Assembly: GCA_965232515.1 (NCBI GenBank)
Contig: CBDDPY010000002.1
Span: 4,576,001 to 4,640,000 of the forward strand
Length of the DNA: 64,000 nt
Direction of reading: 5' to 3'
DNA from: Alphaproteobacteria bacterium
Lineage (GTDB): Bacteria > Pseudomonadota > Alphaproteobacteria > GCA-2731375
Made by a program: the position numbers and the translations under genes. Positions 61,350-64,000 of the stretch are shown here, piece after piece. Position 1 is the first letter of the stretch. Every line of letters begins with the position of its first letter. The notes under the pieces were generated by a model. That model saw nothing but the letters and a program-made list of their open reading frames with translations, searched no databases and was not told the DNA's origin.

Positions 61350-64000
61350 ATGGGCGACGTTGCGCTCAGGCGAAAATCCGCTAGCGCCAAATCAAAGGCG
61401 AAAAAGCGCATGCCGGCGACCAAGCCGGCCGCATCCCGGGCGCGCCCGGTCGAACGCATCGCAGACTACCGGCGTCGTGACCAGGCGCTGGCACTGCTGC
61501 TGCGCAGTTCGTCGGGCGGCGTGTCCACGTTCGAGGCCGGCGCACAGGCGCTGGCCATGGGTTTGGGCTATCGCTGGGCCGGGGTTGGCCGGATCGTCGA
61601 CGATGGCCGGCGAGCCGAGCTGGTGGCGTTCTGGGACACGGACGCCTTCGGCGAGCTGTTTTCCTATCCGCTTGCCGGCACGCCCTGTGGCGATGTCGCC
61701 AAGAAGCAGCGCTACTGCCTGTTTCGCGACGATGTCGCGGGACGTTTTCCCGACGATCCGATGCTGGCCGATCTCGGCGCCGTCAGCTACCAGGGCGAGG
61801 TTTATGCCGATGACGACGGGCGGCGGCTGGGCTATGTGTTCGCCGCCAACGATCGCCCGGAACGCCGCAAGCTTGGGGCGCAGCGAGACTTCGTCGGACT
61901 GGTCGCGGGTTGGGTCGGCGGCGAGCTGCAACGCCGCGGCGCCGAAGAGGCTCTGCGGGCCAGCCAGCAACGGCTGATGGATATTGCCGAGGCCGCATCC
62001 GACTGGTTCTGGGAGATGGATGCCGACCTGCGGTTCAGCTACCTGTCGGAACGGCTGACGACGGTTACGAACATAGAGACCGAGTCGGTTCTGGGCCGGA
62101 CGCGGCGCGAGGTGGCGACCGAAAACGGCACCGAACGGAAGTGGCGGCGTCACCTCGCCGACCTGGACGCGCACCGGCCGTTCCGGGATTTTCAATACAG
62201 CATGGTGCTCGCCGACGGCAGCGTCCGGCATCTGAAAACCAGCGGCAAGCCGATCTTCGACGCCGACGGAGCGTTCGCCGGCTATCGCGGCACCGGCAGC
62301 GACATCACCGCCGAGGTGGAAGCCCGCGAGCGGGCCGAGCGCGCCGAGATCCAGCTCCAGCATGCCATCGACGGCACGTCGGAAGGCTTCGCGCTGTTCG
62401 ATGCCGAGGACCGCATGGTGCTCTGCAACGAACGGTTCCGGGAAATCTATGCCGACGTCGCCGATCTCTATGTCACTGGCGCCCGCTTTGAGGACATCGT
62501 GCGCGAGGCGGCCCGACGCGGCGTCTATGCCAGCGACGAGAACGCGCTCGAAGGCTATGTCGCCGAACGTCTCGCGCGCCACGGGAACCCATCCGGCACC
62601 TGGGAACAGATGCTGAGCAACGGGCAGTGCGTCCAGGTCAGCGAACGCCGGACCGAGGACGGCGGCGTTGTCGGCCTCTGGACCGACATAACGCATCTGA
62701 AGCGGCAGGAACAGGAGCTGGCGCAGAAGTCGGCCACGCTCGAAACGATCATGCAAAACATCGTCCAGGGGATCAGCCTGGTCGACAAGGATCTCAATCT
62801 CCTCGCCTTCAATGACCGCTTCCTGGAGTTGCTGGAGTTTCCCGGCGACCGTTTCCATACCGGCGATCCGTTCGAGAAGTTCATCCGCTATAACGCCGAG
62901 CGCGGCGAGTACGGCCCGGGCGACGTGGACGAGCTGGTCCGCGAGCGTGTCGAGATCGCCAAACGGTTCGAGCCGCATTGCTTCGAGCGCAGCCGGCCGG
63001 ACGGCACTGTTATCGAGGTGCGAGGTAAGCCGCTGTCGGGCGGCGGCTTCGTCACCGCCTATACCGATGTGACCGAGCTGCGGCGCAACGAGCGGGCGCT
63101 CGAGGAGAAGTCGCAGTTGCTCGGCGCCACGCTCGACAATATGGCGCAGGGTCTGGTCGTGTTCGATGCCGACCTGACGATACTGGCGGCCAACGAACGC
63201 GCCGCGCAGTTGCTGCAGTTGCCGGCCGAGCTGCTGGCCGTGGGCGCGAGCTTCTCGGCCGTGATCCGCCATGCCGCCGACCGTGGCGACTATGGGCCGG
63301 GCGACGCCGATGCGTTGTACGAGAAGTATCGGTCGCTGACCCGGTCATCCGGGATCACCCAGCATCAACGCGAGCTTCCAGACGGCTGCATCCTGGAGAT
63401 CCAGGGCTACCCGCGCCCCGATGGCGGCTTCGTCGCCACGTACACCGATGTGACCGAATTCAAACGCGCGGAAGAGACCCTGGCGCGTCTAAACGAGGAC
63501 CTGCGGGCCAACGCCGAGGATCTGGAGCGGTCGAACGGCGAGCTGGAGCAGTTCGCCTACGTCGCGTCGCATGACCTTCAGGAACCGTTGCGCATGGTCG
63601 CCAGCTATTGCCAGCTGCTGCAGCGGCGGTATCAGGATCAACTCGACGAGGATGCGAACGAGTTCATCGGGTTTGCCGTTGACGGCGCTAACCGCATGCA
63701 GCGGCTGATCAACGACCTGCTTGCCTATTCGCGCGTCGGCACCCGCGGCAAGCCTTTGGAGCCAACCGACTTGGGTCAGGTCTACGAACAAACGCTGCTG
63801 AACCTGCGCGTCGCCATTGAGGAGAGCGCCGCCGAGGTAACGGCCGATCCGTTGCCGACATTGCCCGCCGACACGACGCAATTGGCGCAGCTGTTTCAGA
63901 ACCTGATCGGCAACGCCATCAAGTTCCGCACCGAAGCTGCGCCCGTGATACATGTCGGCGCGCGTCAGTCGGACGGCAACTGGGTGTTCAGTGTGTCCGA
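61350..64000 (+). CDS. Soluble GAF + multi-PAS sensor histidine kinase (3' end outside the window; not in the ORF track)
   Basis: AGGAG RBS, ATG 61350; GAF (YPLAGTPC), PAS (DWFWEMD...GYRGTGSDIT), three further PAS-like units, FAYVASHDLQEPLR, QLFQNLIGNAIKF. Confidence 0.9.
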   Translation, partial: MGDVALRRKSASAKSKAKKRMPATKPAASRARPVERIADYRRRDQALALLLRSSSGGVSTFEAGAQALAMGLGYRWAGVGRIVDDGRRAELVAFWDTDAFGELFSYPLAGTPCGDVAKKQRYCLFRDDVAGRFPDDPMLADLGAVSYQGEVYADDDGRRLGYVFAANDRPERRKLGAQRDFVGLVAGWVGGELQRRGAEEALRASQQRLMDIAEAASDWFWEMDADLRFSYLSERLTTVTNIETESVLGRTRREVATENGTERKWRRHLADLDAHRPFRDFQYSMVLADGSVRHLKTSGKPIFDADGAFAGYRGTGSDITAEVEARERAERAEIQLQHAIDGTSEGFALFDAEDRMVLCNERFREIYADVADLYVTGARFEDIVREAARRGVYASDENALEGYVAERLARHGNPSGTWEQMLSNGQCVQVSERRTEDGGVVGLWTDITHLKRQEQELAQKSATLETIMQNIVQGISLVDKDLNLLAFNDRFLELLEFPGDRFHTGDPFEKFIRYNAERGEYGPGDVDELVRERVEIAKRFEPHCFERSRPDGTVIEVRGKPLSGGGFVTAYTDVTELRRNERALEEKSQLLGATLDNMAQGLVVFDADLTILAANERAAQLLQLPAELLAVGASFSAVIRHAADRGDYGPGDADALYEKYRSLTRSSGITQHQRELPDGCILEIQGYPRPDGGFVATYTDVTEFKRAEETLARLNEDLRANAEDLERSNGELEQFAYVASHDLQEPLRMVASYCQLLQRRYQDQLDEDANEFIGFAVDGANRMQRLINDLLAYSRVGTRGKPLEPTDLGQVYEQTLLNLRVAIEESAAEVTADPLPTLPADTTQLAQLFQNLIGNAIKFRTEAAPVIHVGARQSDGNWVFSVS

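Overview
High-GC alphaproteobacterial chromosomal segment, probably Rhodospirillales-like judging by gene content and order. No rRNA, tRNA or CRISPR array was seen. The first ~17.5 kb is a housekeeping block: moeB-cysK-Rrf2-dut-coaBC-ubiE, mutM, enoyl-CoA hydratase, rpsT, dnaA-dnaN-recF-gyrB and a class A PBP. The rest is mixed core and accessory DNA. It includes a membrane LytTR / DUF2141 / Tat-signal carotenoid-oxygenase cassette, heparinase-like-rpe-rsmB, a ferritin-like / cytochrome c / ECF sigma / cupin anti-sigma cassette, htpX and a 55-aa DUF1674 gene absent from the ORF track. Further along are a MocR regulon, ParDE, NhaC plus an orphan solute-binding protein, acs, degP with a two-component system, an intact IS5-family element, gpsA, a FecR + CHASE2 adenylate cyclase pair and a GAF/PAS kinase running off the window end. 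Five signals stand out. (1) Six consecutive intergenic spaces at 49.7-56 kb each hold a palindromic element; two co-varying ~105-bp hairpin elements in direct orientation bracket one M48 peptidase gene, and the IS5 sits inside a REP. (2) The Rrf2 regulator upstream of cysK ends in a CysE-like DFAI tail. (3) An NhaC-family carrier is paired with a lone amino-acid-type binding protein. (4) A carotenoid-cleavage oxygenase appears to be exported. (5) A perfect CtrA box lies between the cyclase operon and the kinase. All calls come from reading motifs by eye; no searches were run.
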